Source: the human T2T-CHM13v2.0 reference genome, Homo sapiens. From it: a stretch of DNA of 64,000 bases. The position numbers were made by a program, and so were the translations under genes. The stretch lies in the NCBI RefSeq assembly GCF_009914755.1, contig NC_060943.1, one strand, 5' to 3'. Below are positions 38,717 to 53,343 of this stretch, in pieces; positions within the stretch are counted from its first letter, which is position 1; each line of letters opens with the position of its first letter. Under the pieces are notes generated by a model. The model was not told the DNA's origin and did no database searches. It was given only the letters and a program-made list of their open reading frames with translations.

Positions 38717-39880
38717 TAACCTCAGCAGTTAAATTTGTTGGCATAATGTTCATAATATTCCCAAATTTCTTTAAAAGTGTGTATATTTCTCTAGTGGTGC
38801 TTCCTCTTTCATTCCCCATATTGTGATTTAAAACATTTTGGGGGTATTTTATCTAAAGGTTTATTAATTTTATGGATTTTTGCAAAGAGTCAACTTTTGG
38901 TTTCATTGATTTTCTGTAGTATTAATCTATATCCCATTTAAGTGATTTTTATTTGTATCTTTTTCTGCATTCTACTTTCTTTGGGTTTAATTTCCTCTTC
39001 TTCTTACTTCCTGAGGTAGAAGCTTAGGTCATTGGTATAGACCTTCTTTTCTAATACAATCACATATATATCTGTACATTTATTTCTAAGCCTTGCTTTA
39101 GCTGAATCCTACAACTTTTGGTGTGTTGTGTTTTCTTTATCATTTAGTTCATGATATTTTCTAATTTTCTTATTTTTTAACCTATTGGTTGTTTAGAAGT
39201 GAGCTGCTTAATTTCCAGATATTCAGGTATTTTCTAAATGTTTTATTTTTATTGGTTTTCAATTTAATTGTATTTTGTTGAGAGAATGTATTCTGTATAT
39301 TTTCAATCTTTCAAAGTCTGTTGAGATTAATTTTATGGCACAGCATATGATCTATTTTTGTGAACATCCTATGAGCTCTTAAAAGGAATGTGTATTCTGC
39401 AGTTGTTGAGGGTACTATCCTATAAATGTCAGATAGGTCATATTGGTAATATTTTTCAGATGATTGATATCCTTACTGAGTTTTTGATCTTATTTTTCTA
39501 TCCATTACTGCAAAGGTGTGTTAACATATCATTGTGGATTTGTCTATGTCTCTGTAGTGATCTCTAAGGTTTTGATTCATACAGTTAGTAATTTTGCTAT
39601 GAGGCACATGTACATTAATAATTGTTACGTCTTCTTATTGACCTTTTTATCATTATGGAATTTCCTCCTTTGTTTTTTAGCAATACCGCTTGTCTTCAGG
39701 TCTGTTATCTGATATTAATATAGCTACTCCAGGCTTTTTTTTTTTTGAGACAGAGTTTTGCTTTTGTTGCCCAGGCTGGAGTGCAGTGGCACTTTCTCGG
39801 GCGTGGCTTGGAGATGCCACGACCAAACACCTCTTAAAGGCCTCCTGGCTTCAAGTGATTCTCCTGCTTCAGCCTCCTGA

Positions 39881-40069
<189 letters not shown>

Positions 40070-41737
40070 TAATATTTACTCTTTCCGTGGCATACCTTTG
40101 TCCATTCTTTATATTTCAATCTTTTTATTTGCGTCTTTGTATTTAAAATGAGTCTCTTATAGACAGCATATAGTTGATTTTTTTCTTCTTTATCCAGTTT
40201 GCCAATCTCTACGTTTTGTTGGAGTATTGAATGCATTAGCACTCAAATGTTATTGTTGATAAGTAAGGTTATTTCTACTTTTGCCAGATTTTTCTTTGTT
40301 TTCTCCAATGTGTTTTTACTTGCTCTGTTTTCTTTAGCCTACTTTTGTTTTAATGTTTTAATAAAATACTTTTTAGATTCTTTTTTCTTTTTTTTTTTTT
40401 TTTTGAGACATAGTCTCACTCTGTCACCGAGACTGGAGTGCAGTGGTGAGATCTTGGCTCAGTCATCCTCTGCCTCCTGGGTTCAAGGGATTCTCCTGCC
40501 TCAGCTTCCCGAGTAGCTGGGACTAGGGGCGCACGCTACTACGCCCAGCTAATTTTTGTATTGTCAGTAGAGATGGGATTTCACCATGTTGGCCAGGCTG
40601 GTCTCGAACTCCTGACCTCAAGTGATCTGCCTGCCTCAGCCTCCCAAAGTGTTCAGATTACAGGCGTGAGCCACCGCGCCCGGCTCCTTTTTCGATCTTC
40701 ATGTTAATTTCTCTCAGCTATCTAGCTATGTATCTGCCTTGTGTGTGTTCATGACTTTTCCAGGGCTTACAATATGTATTTTTAACTTAAACCAATTAGA
40801 GTTATTATTTGTTTAAGGTAATGTAAGAATCTCACAAGAGTATGTTTACATTCCCCTCATCTTCAGTGCTGTTGTCATATACATTATTTCTGTAAACATC
40901 CTAAACCCAATACTACAGTGTTAAAATTTTTAAGCCATCGTATAGTAATACGTATTTTTAAAGAAATTAAGGTAAATGTATGTAGAAATATGTGTGTGTG
41001 CTTTATATCTGTCACATTTCTTATGCTCTTCACTCCTTAATGTAGATACAAGTTGCCATCTGATACCATTTTCCTTCATCCTGAAAGACTTCCTTTAACA
41101 TTTAGTACAGTTACCTGGCATTGGATTTTCCATTTTAATCTGAAAAGATTATTTTCTCTCCAGTTTGCGAAAATTAACTGGAGATAGAATCGCTGGTTAA
41201 CATATTTTTCTCTGGCATTGCAGTGTCTTCTGGCCTTCATAGTTTTGTAATTTTTGTTGAGTAATTATTATATTGTTCTTTTATATTTTGATCTTCTCTG
41301 GCTGTCTTCAAGATTTTCTCGTTATCTTTGGCCTTCAGCAGTTTGACCGTGATGTTTCTATGAGCCGTTTTCTTTGTGTTTCTACTACTTAAGCATTATG
41401 AAGCTTCTTGGCTCTCTAAGTTTTATTTTCTATTCACTGTGAGAAGTACTTGGCTATTATTTCAATATTTTTCCTGTCCCTTTTACTCTTTCCTCTCATT
41501 CTAGGACTCCCAATTTACCTGTATATTGGACTGCTGGAAATGTGTTTCTGAAGATTCATATTGTCTCATAAGCTTCTGTTCATTTTTCTTCAGTCTTTTT
41601 TCTCTTTTTTGAGGGGTGGGTGGATATATGTAATTTCTATTCTTTTATTTTCAAATTCACTAATCTTTCTTCTTTTTCTGTTTGCTATTAAACCTGTCTA
41701 GTGAATTTTTAAATTTCAGTTGTTTTTTTCTTTCCCC

Positions 41738-41797
41738 CTCCCCTCCTCTCCCCTCCTCTCCCCTCCCCTCCCCTCCCCTCCCCTCCCCTCCCCTCCT
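41738..41797 (+). repeat. (CCCCT)n-like pyrimidine repeat
   Basis: Read directly. Confidence 0.9.
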
Positions 41798-42120
41798 CTT
41801 GTTTCTGTGGGTTTTAGGAGTGCTCTCAGGCAAGAAAGCCACAAACAAAATTATTACCCCTTTCTGTTGCAATTTTTTGAGCATAAACTCTTCCCCATCT
41901 TCTGGCTGGTTATGTATATTTTCCAGTGCCTTTGAGTAGTTATTTGTTATATTTTATCCAGTCTTATTATTTTCTGCTGCAGGGTTCTTGTGACCATTTC
42001 AGTCTGCTGGCATTTTCGTTAGTGGGCTTCCTCATACTTATTTTTGAATTGATTTTTGGAAATTGCTTCAAAATTACAGAATATTTGCAAAAATAAAAAT
42101 AGTAGAATAAATATATATGG

Positions 42121-42510
42121 TGCAGTGAGTTGTATGTGGTTTGTCCCCACCACAACTCATGGTGAAATTTAATTGCCAGTTTAACGGTATTGAAAGGTGG
42201 TGGGGCCTTTAAGAGGTGTTTGGTTGTGGCATCTCTGCCCTCTCGAATGGCTTATGCAGACTGGGTTAGTTCTTTTGGACTGGGTTGGTTCTCGTGAGAT
42301 CAAGTTGTTATAAAACAAGGCTTCCTCTGATGTTTGGCCTCTTTGCATGCACTTGCTTTCCCTTCCTCTTTCTGCTGTGATTTGAAGCAGCATGAGACCA
42401 TCACCAAATGGGCTACCATCCAACCTCCAGAATTGTGAGCCAAATAAACTTTTTTGTAAATTACCCAGTCTCAGGTATTCTGTTATAGCAATACAAAACA
42501 GATTAAGACA
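42121..42510 (+). mobile_element. MST-family MaLR solo LTR
   Basis: TG...AAAACAGATTAAGACA; 5-bp TSD TATGG. Confidence 0.85.
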
Positions 42511-42546
42511 TATGGCATATATGTTATTATATAAATGGCATCATAA

Positions 42547-42936
<390 letters not shown>

Positions 42937-43296
42937 TGATCTGCTCACCTCGGTCTCCCAAAGTGCTGGGATTACAGGCGTGAGCCACCACCCCCGGCCT
43001 GTAAGTGTTTGTTTCTGTGAATTTTCTAAGAATGTCGATATTGTCTCATATAACCACAGTGTGGTTATCAGCCTCAGTAAACTTAACTTTGATACAGTCA
43101 TTTTGCCTGTTATCTACCATTCGTATTATAATTTTGTCAACATATAGAATAATATGGTTTTTTACTTTCCAGAACATAATCTAGTCCAAGGTTAGTTAGT
43201 TCATTTTCATGTCATGTCTATAATTATTATTAAGGGAAGGGAATTATTATTTCAATAATCTTTCTCTGTCTTTTATAACATTGACATTTCATTTGT

Positions 43297-45990
43297 TTAT
43301 TTAATTTTAGATTCAGAGTGTACATGTGCAGGTTTGTTACATGGGTATATTATGTAATGCTGGGGTTTGGGGCTTCTATTGAACCTATCACCCAAATAGT
43401 TTACATAGTACCTGATAGGTAGTTTTTCAGCCCTTACCTCCATCCTTTTTCCCCTGTTTTGGAGTCCCCAGTGTCTATTATTTCCATCTTTATGTCCGTG
43501 TGTACCCATTGTTTAGCTCCTACTTGTGAGAACATAGGTTATTTGATTTTCTGTTTCTGCATTGATTCACTTAGGATGATGGCCTCTAGCTGCATCCATG
43601 TTGCTGCAGAGGACATGATTTCATTCTTTTTTATGGCTGCATAGTATTTCATGGTGTGTGTGTACCACATTTTATTTATCCAGTCCACTATTGATGGGCC
43701 TATACGAAGATTCCATGACTTTGCTGTTGGGAATAGTGCTGCGATAAGCATACGAGTGCAGGTGTCTTCTGGTAGAACAATTTATTTTCCCAGTCTTGGG
43801 ATTGTTGGATTGAATGGTAGTTCTATTTTTAGTTCCTTGAGAAATTTCCATACTGTTTGCCATACAGGTTGAACTAATTTACATGACCACCAACAATATA
43901 TAAGCATTCCCTGTTCTGTGCATCCTCACTAACATCTGTTTTTTTGTTTGTTTGTTTGTTTGTTTAACTTTTTAATAATAGCCATTCTGACTGGTGTGAG
44001 ATGGCCTATCTTCTTGTGGGTTTTCTTTTCCCATCCTTCACTGGTACCAAGATCTCTTTGTGGTTGTAATTTGTATTTCTCTGATGATTAGTGATTTTGA
44101 GCATTTTTTATGTTTGCTCCCTGTTTGTGTACCTTCTTTTGAGAAGTATCTGTTTATGTCCTTTGCTCACTTTTTAATGAGGTTATTTGGGTTTTTGTTG
44201 TTGATTTGTTTAAGTTCCTTATGTTTCTGCATATTAGTCCTTTGTAAGATGCATGGTTCGCAAATGCTTTCTCCCATTCTGTAGGTTGTCTTTTTACTCT
44301 GTTGATTGTTTCTTTTGCAGTGCAGAAGCTCTTTTGCTTAATTAAATCATATTTGTCCATTTTTGTTTTTGTTGCAATCGCTTTTGAGGACTTAGTCATA
44401 AGTTCTTTGCCTTGGCCAATGTCCAGAGAAGTTTTTCCTAGTTTTCCTTTAGGAATTTTATAGTTTGAGGTCTTACATTTAAGTCTTTCATCCATCTTGA
44501 GTTGATTTGTGTATATGAGGGGGAAGGGTCCAGTTTCATTCTCTTGCATGTGGCTGGACAGTTTTCCCAGCATCATTTATTGAATAGGGTGTCCTTTCCC
44601 CATTGTTTATTTCTGTCAGCTTTCTCGTAGATCAGTTGGTAGTAGGTGTGTGGTTTTATTTCTGGGTTCTCTGTTCTGTTCCGTAGATCTATATGTCTAT
44701 TTTTGTACTTACACCGTGCTGTTTCAGTTAATATAGCCTTGTAGTATAGTCAAAGTCAGGTAATGTGATATTTCCAGCTTTGTTCTTTTTGTTTAGGATT
44801 GCTTTGGCTAGTCAGGCTTTGTTGGTCCCATATGAATTTTAGAATTGTTTTTTCTAGTTCTGTTAGAATGTTAGAATGACAAATGATGTTGGTAATTTGA
44901 TAGGAATTGCATTGAATCTGTAGATTGCTTTGGGCAGTATCATCATTTTAACTATATTGATTCTTAACAATCTATGAGCATAGAATGTTTTTCCCTTTGT
45001 GTCATCTGTGATTTCTTTCATCAGTGTTTTGTAGTTCTCCTCGCAGAGACCTTTCACCTCTTTGGTTTGATGTATTCTTAGGCATTTTGTGTGTGTTTGC
45101 ATTCGTGTGGCTATTGTAAATGGGATCTTGTTCTTTATTTGGCTCTAAGCTTGAATGTTACTGGTGTATAGAAATGCTATTGATTTTTGTACATTGATTT
45201 TGTATCCTGGAACTTTACTGAATTTTTTTTTTTAATCAGGTTTAGGAGTCTTTTGGAGGGACCTTTAGAGTTTTCTAGGTATAGGATTATTTTCTAGGTA
45301 TAGGATTTTCTAGGTAAAGGATTCTTGGCGAACAGAGATAATTTGACTCCCTCTTTTCCTATTTGGATGCCTTTTATTTCTCTGTCTTGCATGATTGCTT
45401 TCTCTAGGACTTCCAGTACTAAGTTGAATACGAGTGGTGAGAGCAGACATCCTTTTCTTGTTCCACTTCTTAGGGGGAATGGTTTCAGCTTTCGCCCATT
45501 CAGTATGAAGTTGGCTGTAGGTCTGTCACAGATAACTCTTCTTATTTTGAGGTATGTTCCTTTGATGCCTAGTTTGTTAAAGATTTTTATCATGAAGGGG
45601 TGTTGGATTTTATCCGATGCTTTTTTTACATCTATTAAGATGATCTTTTTTTTTTTTTTTTTTTTTTTTTGTTTGAGACGGAGTCTTGCTCTGTCACCCT
45701 GGCTGGAGTGCAGTGGCGCGATCTCGGCTCACTGCAAGCTCCGTCTCCCAGGTTCACACTATTCTCCTGCCTCAGCCTCTCTGAGTAGCTGGAACTACAG
45801 GCGCCCACCACCAAGCCTGGCTATATTTTTGTATTTTTTTAGTAGAGATGGGGTTTCACCGTGGTCTCAATCTCCTGACCTCGTGATCCGCCCGCCTCAG
45901 CCTCCCAAAGTGCTAGGATTACAAGCATGAGCCACCACACCTGGCCGGTTTTTGTTTTTAATCCTGTTTATGTGATGAATCACATTTATT
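43297..45990 (-). mobile_element. 5'-truncated L1 (L1PB/L1MA-like): 3' ORF2 and 3' UTR, decayed
   Basis: Peptides ...[25 protein letters not shown]...KLSLFA (RT), KAIYRFNAIPIKLP, YYAAIKKNEIMS...WMQLE; frameshifted. Confidence 0.92.
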
Positions 45991-46076
45991 GAACACTGAC
46001 ATTTTAGAATACAATTCCTCAGTTCTCACTTTTTTTTTTTTTCTTTTTTGAGATGAAGTCTCACTCTGTTGCCTAG

Positions 46077-46343
<267 letters not shown>

Positions 46344-46452
46344 TAAAATAGCTTTACTGAGGTATAATTTACATGCCATAAAATTACTTATTGTATGTAT
46401 ACAGTTCAATATATATATATTTTTTTTTTGAGATGGAGTTTCACTGTTGTAG

Positions 46453-46593
<141 letters not shown>

Positions 46594-46891
46594 TAAAGAC
46601 AGGGTTTCTCCATGTTGGTCAGGCTGGTCTCAAACTTCCGACCTCAGGTGATCCGCCACCTCAGCCTTCCAAAGTGCTGGGATTACAGGCGTGAACCGCC
46701 GCACCTGGCCTGTGTGTGTACAGTTCAATAATTTTTAGTAAACTTATAGAGTTATATGATTGTCACCTCTATTCAACATTTCTGTCACACCAGAAAGTTC
46801 TCATGTGCCCATTTGCATTCATCCGTCCTCCCATCAGAGGAAACCATTGATTTGTTTACTGTCTATAGATTTGCTGTTTCTAGACGTATAA

Positions 46892-47194
<303 letters not shown>

Positions 47195-48420
47195 TGAGCC
47201 ACCATGCCTGGCCCTTTTCATTGTTTATTAACCATTTGCATATCTTTTTTAGTAAAATGCCTATTCAATTCTTTTCTTTATTTTAAAATTAGATTGTGTT
47301 CTTATTGAATTGTAAGAATTTTTAGTATATTCTAGACACAAGTCCTATATCAATATAGGATTTTCAGATATTTCTCCCTGTCTGTGGCTTATCTTTTCAT
47401 TTTCTCAATGGTGTCATTTCAGGCACAAAAGTTTTAAATGCTGATTAAGTTTAACTTACCAATTTTTAAAATGGGTTGTGCTTTTGGTGTTGTAACTAAG
47501 AACTTTATTCTTAACTCAAGGTTATGAAGATTTTCTTCACTGGTTTCTTCTAGAAGTTTTACAGTTTTAGCTCTTACATTTAGAGCTACAATCCATTTTA
47601 GTTAATTTTTATGTATCAAATGAGGTGAAAATCTAAATTCATTTTCTTGCATATGAATATTCAGTTGTCCTTACAATCTCATATAAAGAGTATCCTTCCT
47701 CCCATTGAATTACCTTGGCACCTTTATCAAAAATCAGCTGACTGTGAATCTAAGTGTTCATTTCTAGTCTCCTGATTTTGTTCCATGATCTCCATCTTCC
47801 TCCTATGACAGTAGCACACTATCTTCATTACTGTAGCTTTATATTAAGTTTTGAAGTTAGAAGTATACACTCCCCAACTTTATTTTCTTTTTCAGAAATT
47901 GTTTTGTCTATTTTATGTCCTTTGAATTTCAATGTAAGTTTTAGGATCAGATTGTGAATTTCCAAAAGGGAAAAAAACCAAAAGCCTGCTGTGGTTGTGA
48001 TACCATGATTATGTTGAATCTGCAGATAAATTTTGGTGAGAATCACCATCTTAATAATAGTAAGCCTTCCAATCTATGACTGTCTCCCTATTTATTTGGA
48101 GCTTTAACTTCATTCAACAATGTTTGTTAATTTTCTTTTTAAAAATCTTTCTTCTTTTCCTCCTTTCCTTTCCTTTTCTCTTTCTCTTCTCTTTCTTTCA
48201 TCCCACTATGTTGCCCAAACTGGCCTCTAACTTCTGGCCTCAAGCAATCCTCCCACCTCAGCCTCCTTAAGTGTTGGGATTACAGGCATGAGCCACCGTG
48301 CCCAGCCTTAATTTTCAGTTTACAAACTTTGTGCTACTTTGTCACATTTATTCCTTAGCATTTTATTATTTTTATGCTATCGTGAATAGTATTGTTTTCT
48401 CAGTTTCATTTTTAGAATAG

Positions 48421-48858
<438 letters not shown>

Positions 48859-49173
48859 TGATCTGCCCGCCTCGGCTTCCCAAAGTGTTGGGACTACAGG
48901 CGTCATAAGTTTTTGAGAACACGTGCAATATTTGCCACTTCTTCTTTCTTCTTCTCCTTTTCCTTCTCCTCCTCCTCCTCCTTCTTCTTCCTTCCTTTCT
49001 CTTTCTCTTTTCTGTGTCTCCCTCTTTTGAATTCAACCCCTTAAAAAGGTAAAAACCATTTTTAGCTGGCAGGCCATACAGAAACAGGTTTCAGGCTGGA
49101 TTTGGCCTGTCAGGTGAGTTTGCCAACTCCTGCAATAGAAAATGTAATGCATAGGGCTAGACACAGTGGCTTA

Positions 49174-49540
<367 letters not shown>

Positions 49541-49621
49541 TTATGAATGACCAGTGGGCAAGGCAAAATTGCCTACACAGCCCTACCTATGGCCCCTCTG
49601 AAAATGTTCTTTCTTCAGCAG

Positions 49622-51288
49622 AATCGAAGCCAGAAATTCAACTTAGTCCCTCCTGCCCTCTGATTTTCTCCAGTCAGCAAGCTCTCAGCCAACATGTGTG
49701 GCTGAGTCATCTCTCTCAGCTGTTTTCAAGTTTATGGGCAGGAAATCCTCTCCACCTGGGAAAACACTATCCAGAAGATCAGAAACAACAGCAGGATCCA
49801 TTCTGCTTTAGTGGCAAAGCAGAATGGATTCAAGAGGGAGAAGACTCCAGACTCCTGTTTGGGAGAGTAAGCAAAAATGGCACTTCAAAGGCACTTTCCA
49901 GCCCACCTGAAGAACAACAGCCAGCACAGTCCAAGGAAGACAACACAGTGGTGGATATAGGGTCCAGCCCTGAACGGAGGGCAGATCTAGAGGAAACAGA
50001 CAAAGTATTGCATGGTTTAGAAGTCTCAGGATTTGGAGAAATCAAATATGAAGAGTTTGGGCCAGGCTTTATCAAGGAGTCAAACCTCCTTAGCCTCCAG
50101 AAGACACAAACTGGGGAGACACCTTACATGTACACTGAGTGGGGAGACAGCTTTGGCAGTATGTCAGTCCTCATCAAAAACCCAAGGACACACTCTGGGG
50201 GAAAGCCTTATGTGTGCAGGGAATGTGGGCGAGGCTTTACGTGGAAGTCAAACCTGATCACACATCAGAGGACACACTCAGGGGAGAAACCTTATGTGTG
50301 CAAGGATTGTGGACGAGGCTTTACTTGGAAGTCGAACCTCTTTACACATCAGCGGACACACTCAGGGCTCAAGCCTTATGTGTGCAAGGAATGTGGGCAG
50401 AGCTTTAGCCTGAAGTCAAACCTCATTACCCACCAGAGGGCGCACACTGGGGAGAAGCCTTATGTTTGCAGGGAATGTGGGCGTGGCTTTCGCCAGCATT
50501 CACACCTGGTCAGACACAAGAGGACACATTCAGGAGAGAAGCCTTACATTTGCAGGGAGTGTGAGCAAGGCTTTAGCCAGAAGTCACACCTCATCAGACA
50601 CTTAAGGACACACACAGGAGAGAAGCCTTATGTATGCACAGAATGTGGGCGTCACTTTAGCTGGAAATCAAACCTCAAAACACACCAGAGGACACACTCA
50701 GGGGTTAAACCTTATGTCTGCCTGGAGTGCGGGCAGTGCTTTAGCCTGAAGTCAAACCTTAACAAACACCAGAGGTCACACACGGGGGAGAAGCCATTTG
50801 TATGTACGGAGTGTGGGCGAGGCTTTACCCGGAAATCAACCCTGAGCACGCACCAGAGGACACACTCAGGGGAGAAGCCATTTGTATGTGCTGAGTGTGG
50901 ACGAGGCTTTAATGATAAGTCCACCCTCATTTCACACCAGAGGACACATTCAGGGGAAAAGCCTTTTATGTGCAGGGAGTGTGGCAGAAGGTTTCGGCAG
51001 AAGCCTAACCTGTTTAGGCACAAGAGGGCACACTCAGGTGCCTTTGTGTGCAGGGAGTGTGGGCAAGGCTTTTGTGCTAAGTTAACTCTCATTAAACACC
51101 AGAGAGCACACGCAGGGGGGAAGCCTCATGTGTGCAGGGAGTGTGGGCAAGGCTTTAGCCGGCAGTCACACCTCATTAGACACCAGAGGACACATTCAGG
51201 AGAGAAGCCTTATATTTGCAGAAAGTGTGGACGGGGCTTTAGTCGGAAGTCCAACCTTATCAGACATCAGAGGACACACTCAGGATAG
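49622..51288 (+). CDS. ZNF875: ZNF875 terminal coding exon: spacer plus 13 C2H2 zinc fingers (50209-51279), stop TAG
   Basis: Acceptor TTCTTCAGCAG. 33+127+96+1667 = 1923 nt = 640 aa + stop. Repeated CxxCGxGF...HQRTH-SGEKP. Confidence 0.97.
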
Positions 51289-51549
51289 AAACTTTATGTG
51301 TATAGGGAATGTGGTACAGCCTTTAGCCAGGAGTCATACTTCATCAGACACCAGAGGACACACACAGTGCTGTGGCTTTTTCAGCCATTGCTAGATACCA
51401 AAGTGGAGACATTCTGTGTGTGATTATGCATGAGACTGTACTGGTAAGACTTGTATCTCCATCCACCTGAAGGAGAATTGCTGGCTCATTTTCAGGAGCC
51501 CTGCCCTTCCTCACTGTGGATGGTGGGTTGTGGAAACCCGGTCAGGTAA

Positions 51550-52170
51550 TGATAGTGGCAGGAGGCAGTCAAATGCCCAGGCAGATAGGGGTGGGTACCT
51601 GGTGAAACCCAACCTTAAAGCTGAAGACAGTCCCGGCTAAATCCTCATACTGAATTGAGAACCTGTCTTCCCATTTGGTGTGCTTTCCTCCGATTGATCC
51701 CAACCCTTCACCTATTTTACGTATACCTGCCCTTTCCTAATTGGTTTTTACACTGCTGTGCCCACCTTTTGAGTGGTGCCTTTGCATACTTACAAATCAG
51801 TCAACGTGTATTCCCCTATTCTGAGCCCATAAAAGACCCAGACTCAGCTGCAGTGAGGAGAGAAATCACCCTGCTGTGGGGGTTGGGGACCACTCCCTGC
51901 ATCCCCTCTCCACTGAGAGCTGTTCTTTTGCTCAATAAAATTCTTTTCTACCCATCCTCACCCTTCAATTGTCAGTGTATCCTCATTCTTTTTGGACTCA
52001 GGACAAGCGCTCAGAACCACTAAACATGGGTATAAGCTATAATACAGGCAGGCCAAGAGGGCAGGGCACCTCCAGCAGCAGGCCCAGGGCTAAGTGAGAT
52101 CCAGGCAGAGGGCTGTCGCTGGCTGTGGAGGTCCTCAGTTGGCAATGTGGCTGAGAAAATTCCTGTGTCA
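51550..52170 (+). mobile_element. ERV1-class solo LTR (LTR1/27/28-like) in the ZNF875 3' UTR
   Basis: TGATAGTGGCAGGAGGCAG...CCTGTGTCA; 4-bp TSD GTAA (51546-51549 / 52171-52174). Confidence 0.85.
51934..51939 (+). terminator. ZNF875: Probable ZNF875 poly(A) signal AATAAA
   Basis: First AATAAA after the stop codon; U-rich sequence downstream. Confidence 0.75.
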
Positions 52171-52290
52171 GTAACTTGACGGAGAAAGTACTTTTAAATG
52201 GGTTGAAATTAGGAAATGAATACTATTCCAGTGTCATTTTACAGGTACACTGGAACATTCCTTCCACTGTACCCTGGATGTTACAGAAAC

Positions 52291-53343
<1,053 letters not shown>

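Noticed and set aside
43297-45930. Reverse-transcriptase-like peptides as a novel RT system
   Set aside because: Frameshifted, truncated L1 ORF2 remnant.
49543-49618. ATG start of the 581-aa ORF (MNDQWARQ...)
   Set aside because: Intronic in-frame run-up to the acceptor; the real exon starts at 49619/49622 and joins KRAB-B.
50209-51369. 84-bp periodic array as CRISPR-like or minisatellite element
   Set aside because: It is the zinc-finger coding repeat.
50033-51394. Alternative-frame and antisense ORFs over the finger array
   Set aside because: Typical shadow ORFs of repetitive C2H2 codons.
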